DNA of 64,000 nt from Thermodesulfobacteriota bacterium (GCA_965226585.1 OZ245366.1:352001-416000); one strand, 5' to 3'; counted from the first letter of the stretch, positions 19,058-31,022 are shown. The notes: a model not told the origin generated them from the sequence alone. Translations and numbers: made by a program.

Positions 19058-19346
19058 TAACCTTTTCAATATAATTGAAACAGGCGAATATAAGAAAAGT
19101 ATCCGGTGCCTGAAAAGAAAGGATCTCTTTGACTCCAAGGGTCTCAAGTTCGCAAGGGATGCTGTCCGGTGGGCGTTGGAGCGCAGTCCGGAGGATTACC
19201 TTGTAGTTAATCCTAAGGCATCCATCCGTTTTATAAGAGTTTGGAACCAAAGAGGAACCACCTCGCTAGGGGTTTTTTACAAAGTTTGTGAGGGAGATGT
19301 GTGCTTACGTGGTGCGTGTGCTACTAAGAAGGAGTGGTTAATGTAG
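19044..19346 (+). CDS. Hypothetical protein, putative toxin (possibly RelE/ParE-like fold)
   Basis: 100 aa basic ORF overlapping the antitoxin stop by 14 nt. Confidence 0.55.
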   Translation: MSTTDNLFNIIETGEYKKSIRCLKRKDLFDSKGLKFARDAVRWALERSPEDYLVVNPKASIRFIRVWNQRGTTSLGVFYKVCEGDVCLRGACATKKEWLM

Positions 19347-19369
19347 TCGATGATTTTGCCTGTGAGTAG

Positions 19370-21070
19370 TCACCCCTCTGCCACCGCGTTATTATACGCT
19401 TCAATCACATCCCTTCGCGACAAAATCCCCACTATTTTTCTTGACCCCTTGGACTCCACAACCGGAAGTATTTCCGCGGGCTTCTGCCCCAGCACTTTTA
19501 CCACATCGTAGAGATTGTCATCGGGGCAGGCGGTTGTTACGTCAAGAGTCGCGAACTCCTTGACGAGCAGAAGGTCTTTCAAATCCTCCTGAAACAGCCA
19601 CTGGCGGAAATCCTGTATTGACACTATCCCCGATAAAAGCCCTTCCGAGTCTACAATCGGAAAGGTTGTGAACCTGCTCTGCGGAATGTCTTCAATCAGT
19701 TTTCTCAACTTGGTGTTCTCGTCAACCGTCTCAATACTCGTTCTCATCACATCTTTCACGCTCAGGGAATGCAGGTTTTCGTTCTCTATCCCGCTTATCT
19801 CAACCCCCTCTTTTTTCAACTCAAGCATGTCCATTGAGCCGCCCGTAAGAGCGCGGGCAAGCGACCAGCTTACAACCGTGCACGCCATCACCGGAACTAT
19901 CACCTGATAACTCTGTGTCAACTCAATTATCAAAAATATGGAAGTCAGAGGGGCGTGCGTGATGGCGGCAAGAAACGCCCCCATGCCCAGAGTTGCGCAA
20001 ACGGACGATATGTTTGGCGGAGCGGAAAAAATACTTGACGCCGCCTTCGCAAAAGCCCCGCCCGCGGCGGCTCCCATGAATATGGCGGGCGCGAACAAAC
20101 CTCCGGGCCACCCGCTGCCGACCGTAACGCAAGTCGCAACCGGCTTCAAAAGAGCCACCGCCGCAAGCCCAAGCAGCGGAGCGTTTCCCTTCAGTATATC
20201 CCTCACGTGCTCGTAGCCGTTTCCAAGAATGTCGGGCGAAGCAAAAGACAGCCCGCCCAGAAGAGCCGCCCCGATGAACAGGCGAATCTTCCTGTCGCCT
20301 ATCTTTGAAAACAGGTCTTCAGTTACGGAAAATATCTTCATAAAACCCGCCGCATTGAAACCGATAACAACCCCCAGCGGCAGGTAGAAAATCATAAGGT
20401 CGCGCATGTTAAACGCTTCGTTCTGAAAACTCGGCATCTCAAAAAGCGGAGTGCTGCCGCCCAGAAAATATGACAGAGCGGTTGCGGTCGCAGATGATAT
20501 GACTATCGGAATAAAAGTTGCCGACCTCAGGTTTCTCAAGAGCACTATCTCTTCAGAAAAAAGCACTCCCGTAATCGGCGCGTTGAAGGTTGCCGCGATT
20601 GCCGCCGCCGTTCCGCACGCTATGAAAGTGCGGATGCCGGTTTTGGACAGACGCACCCGCTCTCCAATCATACTGCCAATCGCCCCGCCCGTTTGGGCGA
20701 TGGGTCCCTCCTGCCCGGCGGAGCCGCCGAAACCCAATGCAACCACAGATCCCGCGGCGCGTGAGATTGCCTCGCGCCCCCTGATAACTCCGCTTCCGAG
20801 GTTTATCCTCTCAACAAATCTCGGAAACCCGAAACCCAGCAGGTCTTTCGGGGAAAACGGCAGTTTTGAAATGACGGCAAGCAAAGCCGCGCCGGCAAAA
20901 AGAGGGATGAAAATTTTTGCCCCGGCTCCCGTAAACGGAGAAACGGCAAAGTGGTAGAGACTTTCATACGAGGTGACAAACAGATGGTTCACCCCGCCCG
21001 CCGCAAGCCCTATCACAAGAGCCCCGGCGATGAGAACGGTCTGCTCGGACAGCAGGCGGTTTTTTTTCAT
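19370..21070 (-). CDS. CLC-family anion channel/transporter with tandem CBS domains
   Basis: GSAGQEGP, AATFNAP, GGLFAP, APLTSIFLIIELT, C-terminal CBS pair. Confidence 0.92.
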   Translation of the reverse strand: MKKNRLLSEQTVLIAGALVIGLAAGGVNHLFVTSYESLYHFAVSPFTGAGAKIFIPLFAGAALLAVISKLPFSPKDLLGFGFPRFVERINLGSGVIRGREAISRAAGSVVALGFGGSAGQEGPIAQTGGAIGSMIGERVRLSKTGIRTFIACGTAAAIAATFNAPITGVLFSEEIVLLRNLRSATFIPIVISSATATALSYFLGGSTPLFEMPSFQNEAFNMRDLMIFYLPLGVVIGFNAAGFMKIFSVTEDLFSKIGDRKIRLFIGAALLGGLSFASPDILGNGYEHVRDILKGNAPLLGLAAVALLKPVATCVTVGSGWPGGLFAPAIFMGAAAGGAFAKAASSIFSAPPNISSVCATLGMGAFLAAITHAPLTSIFLIIELTQSYQVIVPVMACTVVSWSLARALTGGSMDMLELKKEGVEISGIENENLHSLSVKDVMRTSIETVDENTKLRKLIEDIPQSRFTTFPIVDSEGLLSGIVSIQDFRQWLFQEDLKDLLLVKEFATLDVTTACPDDNLYDVVKVLGQKPAEILPVVESKGSRKIVGILSRRDVIEAYNNAVAEG

Positions 21071-21158
21071 TCAGCCTCCCCCCGGCATTGACAGCAAAGC
21101 ATCTTGATATGTAGAGTTTGTGCCAAACTTTTCCGCTCGCGCGCTGAAGATAATTCTC

Positions 21159-22454
21159 ATGATACAAGAAACCCTTCCCGGTGTGCCGCAACTGTCAGAA
21201 AGCGGTTTTCTGCTGATTTTATCCCTTGTGCTGCTTGTATCCAAGTTTTTCGCCGAAGTGGCGGAACGCTTCCGGCAGTCGTCCGTTCTGGGCGAACTTG
21301 TGGCGGGTGTTGTTCTGGGCGGCGGAATTCTGGCGGTTATGCCTTCCGGACCGGCGGATTCCGGCTACCACACCTTCTATCTGATTTCCGAACTCGCGGT
21401 TGTTGTTCTTCTGTTTGAAATAGGGCTTGAAACCAAACTCAAAGATATTCTGAAAGTCGGTCCCGTCTCGCTTCTTGTCGCCCTTGTCGGGATTGTCGCG
21501 CCTTTTGCTCTGGGCTTTATTTCGATCTACGCGCTTTCCTCATACAGCATAATGGAGATGCACCTGCTCGAACCGACCGGGCTGTTTCTTGTTGCCGTAA
21601 CCACGGGAGCCACCCTCACGGCAACAAGCGTGGGAATAACGGCGAGGGTGCTTTCAGACATAAAACAGCTGGGCGCGCCCGAGTCAAAGATAATCATCGG
21701 CGCGGCGGTTATAGATGATGTGGTGGGGCTTATAATCCTCAGCCTTGTAAGCGGGCTGATACAGTCGCACGGAGCGGGTGTTGAGAGCGGAATATCAGTT
21801 GCCCAGGTGGCGCTGATTTCGGCAAAGGCGTTTGGTTTTCTTTTCATCGCCGTGGTTGTGGGCAACCTTGTTGTTGAAAAGGTTTTCTCTTTCATAGGAA
21901 ATCTCAAAAGCCGGGGCGCGCTTGTGGTTGCCGCCCTGTCAGTCGCATTTCTCTACGCGTACGCGGGAAAGTATTTTGCGGATGTTGCCCCGATAGTGGG
22001 AGCGTTTGCCGCGGGTCTTGTTATCAGAAAAGCGCCGCAGTTTGAATCCATAGAGCACAGCATCAGAACGGTGTCGGATTTTCTTGTGCCTGTTTTCTTT
22101 GTCGCGGTAGGGGCGCAGGTTGACGTGAGGGTTCTCAATCCGTTCGGAGACGGAAACTCTCAAGTGCTTGCCGTGGCGGTGGGGCTTTTTGTTGTGGCGT
22201 TTATAGGCAAGTACGTAAGCGCGATTGCCGCCTTCGGGTCGGGCATAAGGAGAAACATCGTGGGCATCGGTATGGTTCCGCGCGGCGAGGTGGGATTGAT
22301 TTTTGCGCAGATAGGCTACAATAACGGCAACGGGGTTTTTGACTCAATGTTCTTTTCGGCTATTGTGCTGACCGTTATGCTTACGACCTTCGTGGTACCG
22401 CCCCTTCTGCAGAGAGGCTTTGGAAAAGCGGAGGCGGATGCGGGTTCCGCATGA
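21159..22454 (+). CDS. Cation:proton antiporter (CPA2, NapA-like)
   Basis: LLFEIGLE, ATSVGITARVL, AAVIDDV, GMVPRGEV; start 21159 ATG or 21120 GTG. Confidence 0.92.
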   Translation: MIQETLPGVPQLSESGFLLILSLVLLVSKFFAEVAERFRQSSVLGELVAGVVLGGGILAVMPSGPADSGYHTFYLISELAVVVLLFEIGLETKLKDILKVGPVSLLVALVGIVAPFALGFISIYALSSYSIMEMHLLEPTGLFLVAVTTGATLTATSVGITARVLSDIKQLGAPESKIIIGAAVIDDVVGLIILSLVSGLIQSHGAGVESGISVAQVALISAKAFGFLFIAVVVGNLVVEKVFSFIGNLKSRGALVVAALSVAFLYAYAGKYFADVAPIVGAFAAGLVIRKAPQFESIEHSIRTVSDFLVPVFFVAVGAQVDVRVLNPFGDGNSQVLAVAVGLFVVAFIGKYVSAIAAFGSGIRRNIVGIGMVPRGEVGLIFAQIGYNNGNGVFDSMFFSAIVLTVMLTTFVVPPLLQRGFGKAEADAGSA

Positions 22455-22490
22455 CGATTTTTTTGACGTTCTGTGTTTAGAGAAAAAAAG

Positions 22491-22997
22491 ATGAGACTGT
22501 TTCGGGCATCAGCGTATATTTTCCTCACATTCACAGCCGCCGCGCAAAGCGCGTTTGCGGCGGGCGATTTGATAACCGCAGACAAAACCGTGTTTGTGCA
22601 GTTCGCCATTTTTCTGGTCGCCCTGTATCTGCTGAACATCCTGTTCTTCAGACCGCTTATCTATCTTGCGGATAAAAGGGAGAGCGCGACTTCCGGCTCC
22701 GGCAGAGAGGCGGAGGAGTTGACGGCAAAATCCGAAGAATTAACGGCGCGCTACAACGCGGAGGTTAAAGAGGCGAGAGAGCGGGCGGCTGAGGAAAGGA
22801 CGCTCATCACAAAGGCGGCTATTGAAGAGGCGGACGGCATAGTTTCATCGGCGAGAGAGGAAGCGCGCGCGCTTCTGGACGAGCGCACGGCGGAGCTTTC
22901 CGCAGAGGTTGAAAAGACAAAATCAGAGATGAGTTCCGAAATAGAGGAAATTGCGGTGATGATAACCCGCGCGGCGGGAGGCGGCAAAGATGCTTGA
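22491..22997 (+). CDS. ATP synthase F0 subunit b'
   Basis: TM helix LNILFFRPL followed by charged coiled coil; heads the atp operon. Confidence 0.85.
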   Translation: MRLFRASAYIFLTFTAAAQSAFAAGDLITADKTVFVQFAIFLVALYLLNILFFRPLIYLADKRESATSGSGREAEELTAKSEELTARYNAEVKEARERAAEERTLITKAAIEEADGIVSSAREEARALLDERTAELSAEVEKTKSEMSSEIEEIAVMITRAAGGGKDA

Positions 22998-23538
22998 CGC
23001 GGGATTTCTCGCGGCGGCGGGTGAAGCCGCCGGAACGGCGCCGTATTTCAACTGGACATACGTTGGCAAGCACGCGTTCAACCTTGCCGTTCTTATAGGA
23101 ATTCTCTACTATGTTCTCAGGAAACCGGTTTCAGGTTTTCTAAAATCCCGCAGAAAAGAGATGGTGGAAAAGTTTGAGGAATCAGGCAGAAAACTGAACG
23201 AGGCGAAAAAGATATTTGAGCAGTGCTCTGAGAAACTTGACGGCGTTAAAGCCGAGACGGATTCTCTGAAATCCACCATCGCCGCGCAGGCGCAAAACGA
23301 AAGGGAGAACATCATCCGCCGCGCCCGCGCCGAAAAAGAGGCGATACTGAAAGAGACGGCTGAAAGCATTGAGTCCGCCGCCGCGAGGGCGCGCGCTTCG
23401 ATAAGGCGGGAGGCGGTTGCCGCCGCCATGAGCATAGCGGAACGGAAACTGAAAGAGTCCGGGGGCGGAAGCCCGGTTGACATCAAATCTTTTGAGTCTG
23501 CGGTTGAGGAGGGCAAATGGCTTCGGTCGCGAAACTGA
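22990..23538 (+). CDS. atpF: ATP synthase F0 subunit b
   Basis: FNLAVLIGILYYVLRKP..R..; coiled coil; operon position. Confidence 0.87.
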   Translation: MLDAGFLAAAGEAAGTAPYFNWTYVGKHAFNLAVLIGILYYVLRKPVSGFLKSRRKEMVEKFEESGRKLNEAKKIFEQCSEKLDGVKAETDSLKSTIAAQAQNERENIIRRARAEKEAILKETAESIESAAARARASIRREAVAAAMSIAERKLKESGGGSPVDIKSFESAVEEGKWLRSRN

Positions 23539-24065
23539 AAGATATGGTTGACGCTCTTGTCTTGTGTTGCGCGGAGTCCGGAGAGTTCTCCGTTGACGAT
23601 TGCGCTGAGGGGCTTGAGAGTTTTTTCTCAAAAGTGGAAGAGGGCGGGCTTTTGAAAAAAGCGCTTGAAAGCCCGGTTGTTGCGGCGGGAGAGAAGGCGG
23701 AAATTTTGCGCGATTTGTGCTCGGCGGCGGAGTTTCCTCCGCTTCTTGCCAACTTCCTTGTTACGGCGGCGGAGTTTGACAAACTGAGAGCCCTGCTTAA
23801 CCGTCGCAGAACGGTTCTGGAATGGATACGCTCTGCGGGAGGAACGGTGAGAGCCACCGTTACGGTTGCTTCCCCGGTCAGCCAGGAGGATGAGCGGCGG
23901 GTGAGGGAAGCGGTGTCGCGGCTTGCGGGCGGCGGGAAATGCGAGGTTGAGTTCGTTCAGGATTCGGAGATAATAGGCGGGATGATTGTGAGGATTGGCA
24001 ACAGCGTTTACGATGACAGCGTTAAAACCCATCTGGACGGAATGCGTTACGAGCTTTCAAAATAG
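23517..24065 (+). CDS. atpH: ATP synthase F1 subunit delta
   Basis: C-terminal DSEIIGGMIVRIGNSVYDDSV; precedes atpA. Confidence 0.88.
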   Translation: MASVAKLKDMVDALVLCCAESGEFSVDDCAEGLESFFSKVEEGGLLKKALESPVVAAGEKAEILRDLCSAAEFPPLLANFLVTAAEFDKLRALLNRRRTVLEWIRSAGGTVRATVTVASPVSQEDERRVREAVSRLAGGGKCEVEFVQDSEIIGGMIVRIGNSVYDDSVKTHLDGMRYELSK

Positions 24066-24107
24066 GACTTTTTCGCGCGAAACATAAAACTCAAAAAGGA
24101 GAGGAAA

Positions 24108-25637
24108 ATGCAGGAATCGATAAAAGTTGATGATGTTGGCGAGATACTGAAAAAGAGAATCAGCGGTTACGAACGCAAGTTTGAAACCTCTGAGGTTGGA
24201 ACCGTAATCTCAGTTGGGGACGGAATCGCGAGGGTCTACGGTCTTGACAACTCAATGGCGGGGGAACTTGTTGAATTTCCGGGAGGAATCAAAGGGCTGG
24301 TTCTGAACCTTGAGGAAGACAATGTCGGTGTCGCCATTCTCGGTGAAGAGAAAGACATCAAGCAGGGAGATGTTGTCAAGCGCACGGGCGGCATCGCCCG
24401 GATTCCCGTTGGAGACGCCGCGCTCGGAAGAGTTGTGAACTCCCTCGGTGTTCCCGTGGACGGCAAAGGCGATATTCAAACATCCGAAACAAGACCCCTT
24501 GAACTCAAGGCGCCGGGCGTTGTTTTCAGAAAATCCGTTCACGAGCCGCTTCAGACCGGCATAAAAGCCATTGACTCCATGATACCGATAGGCAGAGGAC
24601 AGAGGGAACTCATACTGGGCGACCGGCAGACCGGCAAGACCGCCATTGCAGTTGACACGATAATCAACCAGAAGGGCGAAGATGTTCACTGCATTTACGT
24701 TGCCATCGGTCAGAAAAAATCCAATGTCGTTCAGGTGGTGGACAAGTTGAGAGAACACGGAGCCATGGAGTACACGACCGTTGTTACGGCTTCGGCGAGC
24801 GAGCAGGCGCCGTTTCAGTTTATAGCCCCGTACGCTGGCTGCGCCCTCGGGGAATACTTCAGAGACAGCGGCAGGCACGCCCTTGTTATCTATGACGACC
24901 TTACAAAGCACGCATGGTCATACAGGCAGCTTTCGCTTCTGCTCAAACGCCCGCCCGGGCGCGAGGCGTATCCGGGAGATGTTTTCTACCTTCATTCGCG
25001 CCTTCTTGAGCGCGCGGCAAAGATGAGAGATGAGGACGGCGGCGGCTCGCTCACCGCTCTTCCCATAATTGAAACTCAGGCGGGAGACGTTTCCGCCTAC
25101 ATACCGACAAACGTGATTTCCATTACGGACGGTCAGATATACCTTGAAAGCAACCTTTTCTACTCCGGCGTGAGACCCGCGATTAACGTGGGGCTTTCGG
25201 TTTCAAGGGTTGGCGGCTCGGCGCAGATAAAGGCGATGAAAAAAGTCGCCGGAACTCTGAGGCTTGACCTCGCCCAGTACAGAGAGGTTGAGGCTTTTTC
25301 GCAATTCGCCTCAGACCTTGACAAAATCACACAGAATCAGCTCGCGAGGGGAGTCCGGCTTGTTGAGATTCTCAAGCAGGATCAGTTTGTTCCCCTTCCC
25401 GTTGAAAAGCAGGTCATCTCAATATTTGCCGTCACAAAAGGGTATCTGGACGAACACCCCGTTTCCTCCGTGCGCGCCTATGAGAAAGAGCTGTTCGCGT
25501 TCTTTGAAGCCAAATACAACGGGCTTCTGGAAGAGGTAAGAAACAAAAAGGAGATATCCGAAGAACTTGAGCCGCAAGTGATAAAGGCGCTTGATGAACT
25601 CAAGTTGCAAACGGCTGATTTAACACAGGACGGATAA
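24108..25637 (+). CDS. atpA: ATP synthase F1 subunit alpha
   Basis: [29 protein letters not shown]. Confidence 0.98.
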   Translation: MQESIKVDDVGEILKKRISGYERKFETSEVGTVISVGDGIARVYGLDNSMAGELVEFPGGIKGLVLNLEEDNVGVAILGEEKDIKQGDVVKRTGGIARIPVGDAALGRVVNSLGVPVDGKGDIQTSETRPLELKAPGVVFRKSVHEPLQTGIKAIDSMIPIGRGQRELILGDRQTGKTAIAVDTIINQKGEDVHCIYVAIGQKKSNVVQVVDKLREHGAMEYTTVVTASASEQAPFQFIAPYAGCALGEYFRDSGRHALVIYDDLTKHAWSYRQLSLLLKRPPGREAYPGDVFYLHSRLLERAAKMRDEDGGGSLTALPIIETQAGDVSAYIPTNVISITDGQIYLESNLFYSGVRPAINVGLSVSRVGGSAQIKAMKKVAGTLRLDLAQYREVEAFSQFASDLDKITQNQLARGVRLVEILKQDQFVPLPVEKQVISIFAVTKGYLDEHPVSSVRAYEKELFAFFEAKYNGLLEEVRNKKEISEELEPQVIKALDELKLQTADLTQDG

Positions 25638-25647
25638 GCGACCGCAA

Positions 25648-26523
25648 ATGCCAAGCCTTCAACAGATAAACACGAAGATAACGAGCGTGCGCGGCACAAT
25701 GCGCATCATGAGTGCCATGAAGCTTATCGCGGCGGTGAAACTGCAGAGAGCCCAGTCGCTTCTGAAGGCGCACCGCGACTACGTTTCCGCCTACACGAAA
25801 ATTTCATCAGGCGTTCTCGCCACCTGCGAGCCCGACTCGCATCCGCTCCTTTTCCGTCCCGAAGAGAAAAAGAGGGCGCATGTGGTGTTTCTGACATCGG
25901 ACAGGGGGCTTTGCGGAAACTTCAACAATGTTCTCATAAAGGGTCTTGACGCGATGCTTGAGGAACGCGGGTTTGACAAAGACAACCTGAAGATGACTTT
26001 CCTCGGAAACAAGGGGAGAAACTTCTTTGCCCCGCGCGGGCTTGCTCAGGGCTCATACTACAGCGGAATAAACGAAAGCAACTACACCGAAGTTTCCGAA
26101 GAGCTTTCAACACTGCTTTCAAGAGAGTTCACCGAAAGGGAGACTGATGAGGTGATTGTGGTTCACAGCAATTTCATTTCCGCCCTTTCAAGGGAAACAG
26201 TTTTTGACACTTTTCTTCCAATAGAGTTTCCCCCCGACGAGCAAGACCCGGACGACTGCGTGTTTGAGCCTTCAAAGGAGAAAATAGTTGAAGACCTGAT
26301 ACCGGGATACTTGAGGCTTCGCATGGAGAAAGCGGTTCTGGAATCCCTCACAAGCGAGCACTCGGCGCGCATGACGGCTATGGAAAGCGCCACAAACAAC
26401 GCTGATGAACTTGTAAAAAATCTTACTCTGTTGTTCAACAAAACCAGGCAGGCAATAATAACCACCGAGCTTATGGATATTGTGAACGGAACGGAAGCTT
26501 TAAGAGAAGGAGGAGACGATTAA
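25648..26523 (+). CDS. atpG: ATP synthase F1 subunit gamma
   Basis: SDRGLCGNFN, SEHSARMTAM, RQAIITTEL. Confidence 0.97.
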   Translation: MPSLQQINTKITSVRGTMRIMSAMKLIAAVKLQRAQSLLKAHRDYVSAYTKISSGVLATCEPDSHPLLFRPEEKKRAHVVFLTSDRGLCGNFNNVLIKGLDAMLEERGFDKDNLKMTFLGNKGRNFFAPRGLAQGSYYSGINESNYTEVSEELSTLLSREFTERETDEVIVVHSNFISALSRETVFDTFLPIEFPPDEQDPDDCVFEPSKEKIVEDLIPGYLRLRMEKAVLESLTSEHSARMTAMESATNNADELVKNLTLLFNKTRQAIITTELMDIVNGTEALREGGDD

Positions 26524-27927
<1,404 letters not shown>

Positions 27928-27949
27928 CTCGGGAAAAAGGAAAACTGAA

Positions 27950-28348
27950 TTGGCTGACGAACTTACTTTGAAAGTTATCACCCCGGCGGGGCTTGCCCTT
28001 GAAGAACAGGTTGAAACTGTTGTTCTCAAAGGCGAGATGGGCGAGTTCGGCGTTCTTGCCGGGCATGTTCCGATGGTTTCAACCCTCGTTGCCGGAACGA
28101 TGCGCTATGAAAGCGCGAAGGGTGAAGAAAAAACTTTCATCATCCACAGAGGCGTCTCCGAAGTCCGCGAAGACACGGTGACGGTTCTGACCAAAGCCCT
28201 TGAAAGCCCGGGCGATATGAGCGTTTCCGAAGCGGCAAAAGAGGCGGAAGAAATAGAGCAGAGCCTGGAAGACGGCTCTCTTTCCGATGAAGAACACAAA
28301 CGCCTGTCCGGAAGGCTTATGCTTGTCCGCGCCCGCGCGGGAATGTAG
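27950..28348 (+). CDS. atpC: ATP synthase F1 subunit epsilon
   Basis: LKVITP, GEFGVLAGHVP; TTG start after AAGGA. Confidence 0.93.
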   Translation: MADELTLKVITPAGLALEEQVETVVLKGEMGEFGVLAGHVPMVSTLVAGTMRYESAKGEEKTFIIHRGVSEVREDTVTVLTKALESPGDMSVSEAAKEAEEIEQSLEDGSLSDEEHKRLSGRLMLVRARAGM

Positions 28349-28377
28349 CCCCCCTTCGCCAAAACAAAACACATTAT

Positions 28378-28417
28378 AAAAAACCCGACCGGAATAGGAA
28401 TTTCCGGCCGGGGTTTT
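28378..28417. terminator. Probable bidirectional intrinsic terminator
   Basis: Imperfect inverted repeat AAAACCCGACCGGAA..TTCCGGCCGGGGTTTT flanked by A/T runs, between convergent atpC and nrdJ. Confidence 0.65.
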
Positions 28418-28459
28418 AAGGAGGAGTGGAGGAGGAAAATCTCCTGTTTTTCTACGCTA

Positions 28460-30940
28460 CTAACCGCACTTCGAGTAACCACAGCTTCTGCAGGTTACGC
28501 ACCCCGATTCAAAAGCCAGAGAAGGGCTGTCGCATTCCGGGCATTTCGAAAAGTGGAGGTCTTTTGACCTCGGTTTTTCCACGGCAACGTCTTCGCCTTT
28601 GTCAACGAAGTGTCTTTTAAGCACCGCCGCCACGGCGTCAGGGATTGACATGACAAGCTTGCCCTCGGAGAAAACGGGGGACGCGCCGCCGATTCCTTCA
28701 AGTTGCTCGACTATCTTTTTTGCGCCGATTCCGGCCCTGAGTCCGAGAGAGGCAAGCCTTCCGATTGCTTCGGCGTCAGCCATTGTTGTATAGCCGGACT
28801 TGCCTATCTGAACAAACACCTCGAAGGGTTTTCCTTCAACGGTGTTGACCGTAACGTAGAGGTTGCCGTGCCCCGTTCTGACAACCTCGGTAAAGCCGTT
28901 CAGCACCTGCGGTCGTTCTTTCTTTTCCGTAGGCGCGGATTTTGAGGGATGAGGAGATGAGGTGAGGTTGGGGTGAGTGGCTTGAGAAATCTCCCCATCC
29001 CTATTCTTTTCATTTTTTTCTTCTTGCTGTTGCTCGGTAATCAGAATGCCCTCTCTGGAGCCTTCTCTGTAAATGGTGACGCCCTTGCAGCCGTTCTTCC
29101 ATGACTGGAAGTAAATTTTCTCCACCTCTTCAGGAGAGATGTCGGCGGGAAGGTTCACGGTGCTGGATATGCATGAATCTATGTGTTTCTGTATCGCGGC
29201 CTGCATGCGGACTCTGAAGCCGGGTTTTATATCGTGAGAGGTTACAAACAACTCCGGCAGGTCATCTTCGTCTGAGAGGCCGAACTTGTCCATGTAGGTT
29301 CCGACAAGCGGGTGATAGACCTTGAACTGCTCTTTTGAGAGTGATTCCGACCTTCTGAAGTATGAGAGCGCGAACATGGGTTCAATGCCGCTTGATGTGC
29401 CGGCGAGAACCGAACCGCTTCCGACCGGAGGAACGGTCAGGATGCAGGCGTTTCTGAGGCCGTTTTTACGCACCCTTCCAAGAACTTCCCCGTCAAGGGT
29501 GTCAAGGAAGGGGCTGTTGAAATGCTTTTCCGGGTCGTACGCAGGAAACGTTCCTTTCTCTTCGGCAAGTTTGGAACTTGAGGAGTAAACCGTGTTCTTT
29601 ATGTGGTCGAAAAGTTCATCCGTAAACTCAATTGCTTCGTCCGAGTCATATTTTTTGCCCAGTTTGGCTATCATGTCTCCGAAGCCGGTGAATCCCACGC
29701 CTATGCGTCTTGAGATTTGAGATGCTTCGGTTTGAAAACCGAGAGGGTGTTTGTTCTCGTTGTAGTCCAGAATGTTGTCCAGAAAGCGCACTGAGTAGGA
29801 CAGCGAGCGGTCAAGATTTTCCCAGTCAACACAGGCGTCTTTTGTGAATTCATCTTTCACGAAAAGGCTGAGGTTTATGTTGCCCAGACAGCAGTTTCCG
29901 TAGTTCTCAAGAGCCTGCTCACTGCAGGGATTAACGCCTTCCACTTCCATCCCGCCGTATTCGGTTGGGGAGTAGCGTTTCACGGCGTCCCAGAAGATAA
30001 GACCGGGCTCTGCGGAAGACCACGCAGATTTGACAAGTCTCTGCCAAATGTCTCTCGCCTTAACGGTTTTTCTCATGCGCACTTTCTTGTTTTCGTATTC
30101 AAGGTCAAAGTCGCCGTCTGTTTCAACGGCTTTCATAAACTCGTCTGAAACCTTCACGGAAATGTTGGCAAACTTCACCTGCGACCTGTCCGAGTCGTTT
30201 TTGATGTCCAGAAAATCCATTATGTCGGGGTGGTTGACGTCTATCGTTATCATGAGAGCGCCCCTTCTTCCCGCCTGACCGATTGTTCCGGTTGTGGTGG
30301 AGAGGAGTTCCATAAACGAGACGGCGCCCGTTGAGTGAATCGCCGAGTTGTTCACCGGCGCGCCTTTCGGTCTCAGAACGGATATATCCGTGCCGACTCC
30401 GCCGCCGAAGGAGTAGGTTCTTGCCGCTTCCTTGCACCACTCAAAGATTCCCTCTATGGAGTCTTCTTTGATGGGCATGAAGTAGCAGTTCAGAAGTGTC
30501 GAACGCCTTGTCTGCCCGGCTCCGAAAAGTATTCTGCCCCCGGGAACAAAGCGGAAGTTTGACAGAAGCCAGTAGAACTTCTCTGTCCATTCCTCTCTCA
30601 GTTCTCCGGTTGATTCGGTGGAAGCCATCTCCGTTGCGACCCTCTTCCACATCTGTTCCGGAAGTGTCTCAACCGTCGAGCCGTCTTCATCTTTCAGGGC
30701 GTATTTCTCATAGAAGACCCGCGCGCGGAGTTCGTCTCCCTCAAATGCTTCAATTGTTTCGCGGGGGATGTCTTCCTCTCCGGGTTGTTCATCAGCTACC
30801 AGCCTTGGAACATCCGGCTTTTCTTCATCTGAAAAGACTGTATCGTTGGAGAGAGATTTCTTGGGCAGTTCAAATATATTTCCGTTCTCGCCGGATGTGC
30901 CTTTTGCGCCTTCTTCAGTCTCTGTTTTGTCGGATGACAT
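28460..30940 (-). CDS. nrdJ: Adenosylcobalamin-dependent class II ribonucleotide reductase with TSCPD domain and Zn ribbon
   Basis: PGGRIL, LLNCY, RRGALM, NPCSEQ, TSSGIEP, SIPDA, CPEC..CVTCRSCGYSKC; no ATP cone. Confidence 0.93.
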   Translation of the reverse strand: MSSDKTETEEGAKGTSGENGNIFELPKKSLSNDTVFSDEEKPDVPRLVADEQPGEEDIPRETIEAFEGDELRARVFYEKYALKDEDGSTVETLPEQMWKRVATEMASTESTGELREEWTEKFYWLLSNFRFVPGGRILFGAGQTRRSTLLNCYFMPIKEDSIEGIFEWCKEAARTYSFGGGVGTDISVLRPKGAPVNNSAIHSTGAVSFMELLSTTTGTIGQAGRRGALMITIDVNHPDIMDFLDIKNDSDRSQVKFANISVKVSDEFMKAVETDGDFDLEYENKKVRMRKTVKARDIWQRLVKSAWSSAEPGLIFWDAVKRYSPTEYGGMEVEGVNPCSEQALENYGNCCLGNINLSLFVKDEFTKDACVDWENLDRSLSYSVRFLDNILDYNENKHPLGFQTEASQISRRIGVGFTGFGDMIAKLGKKYDSDEAIEFTDELFDHIKNTVYSSSSKLAEEKGTFPAYDPEKHFNSPFLDTLDGEVLGRVRKNGLRNACILTVPPVGSGSVLAGTSSGIEPMFALSYFRRSESLSKEQFKVYHPLVGTYMDKFGLSDEDDLPELFVTSHDIKPGFRVRMQAAIQKHIDSCISSTVNLPADISPEEVEKIYFQSWKNGCKGVTIYREGSREGILITEQQQEEKNEKNRDGEISQATHPNLTSSPHPSKSAPTEKKERPQVLNGFTEVVRTGHGNLYVTVNTVEGKPFEVFVQIGKSGYTTMADAEAIGRLASLGLRAGIGAKKIVEQLEGIGGASPVFSEGKLVMSIPDAVAAVLKRHFVDKGEDVAVEKPRSKDLHFSKCPECDSPSLAFESGCVTCRSCGYSKCG

Positions 30941-30974
30941 GTTTCTCTCCTTTTATTTGCTCAATTCCTAGTGA

Positions 30975-31022
30975 AGCCCATATCTCGTGCTACGAGGGCT
31001 ATTAGACTACCATATATTGTGG
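30975..31022 (-). promoter_or_regulatory. Tandem NrdR boxes upstream of nrdJ
   Basis: CCACAATATATGGTAG (31022-31007) and GCACGAGATATGGGCT (30990-30975), 32 bp apart, resembling acaCwAtATaTwGtgt. Confidence 0.75.
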
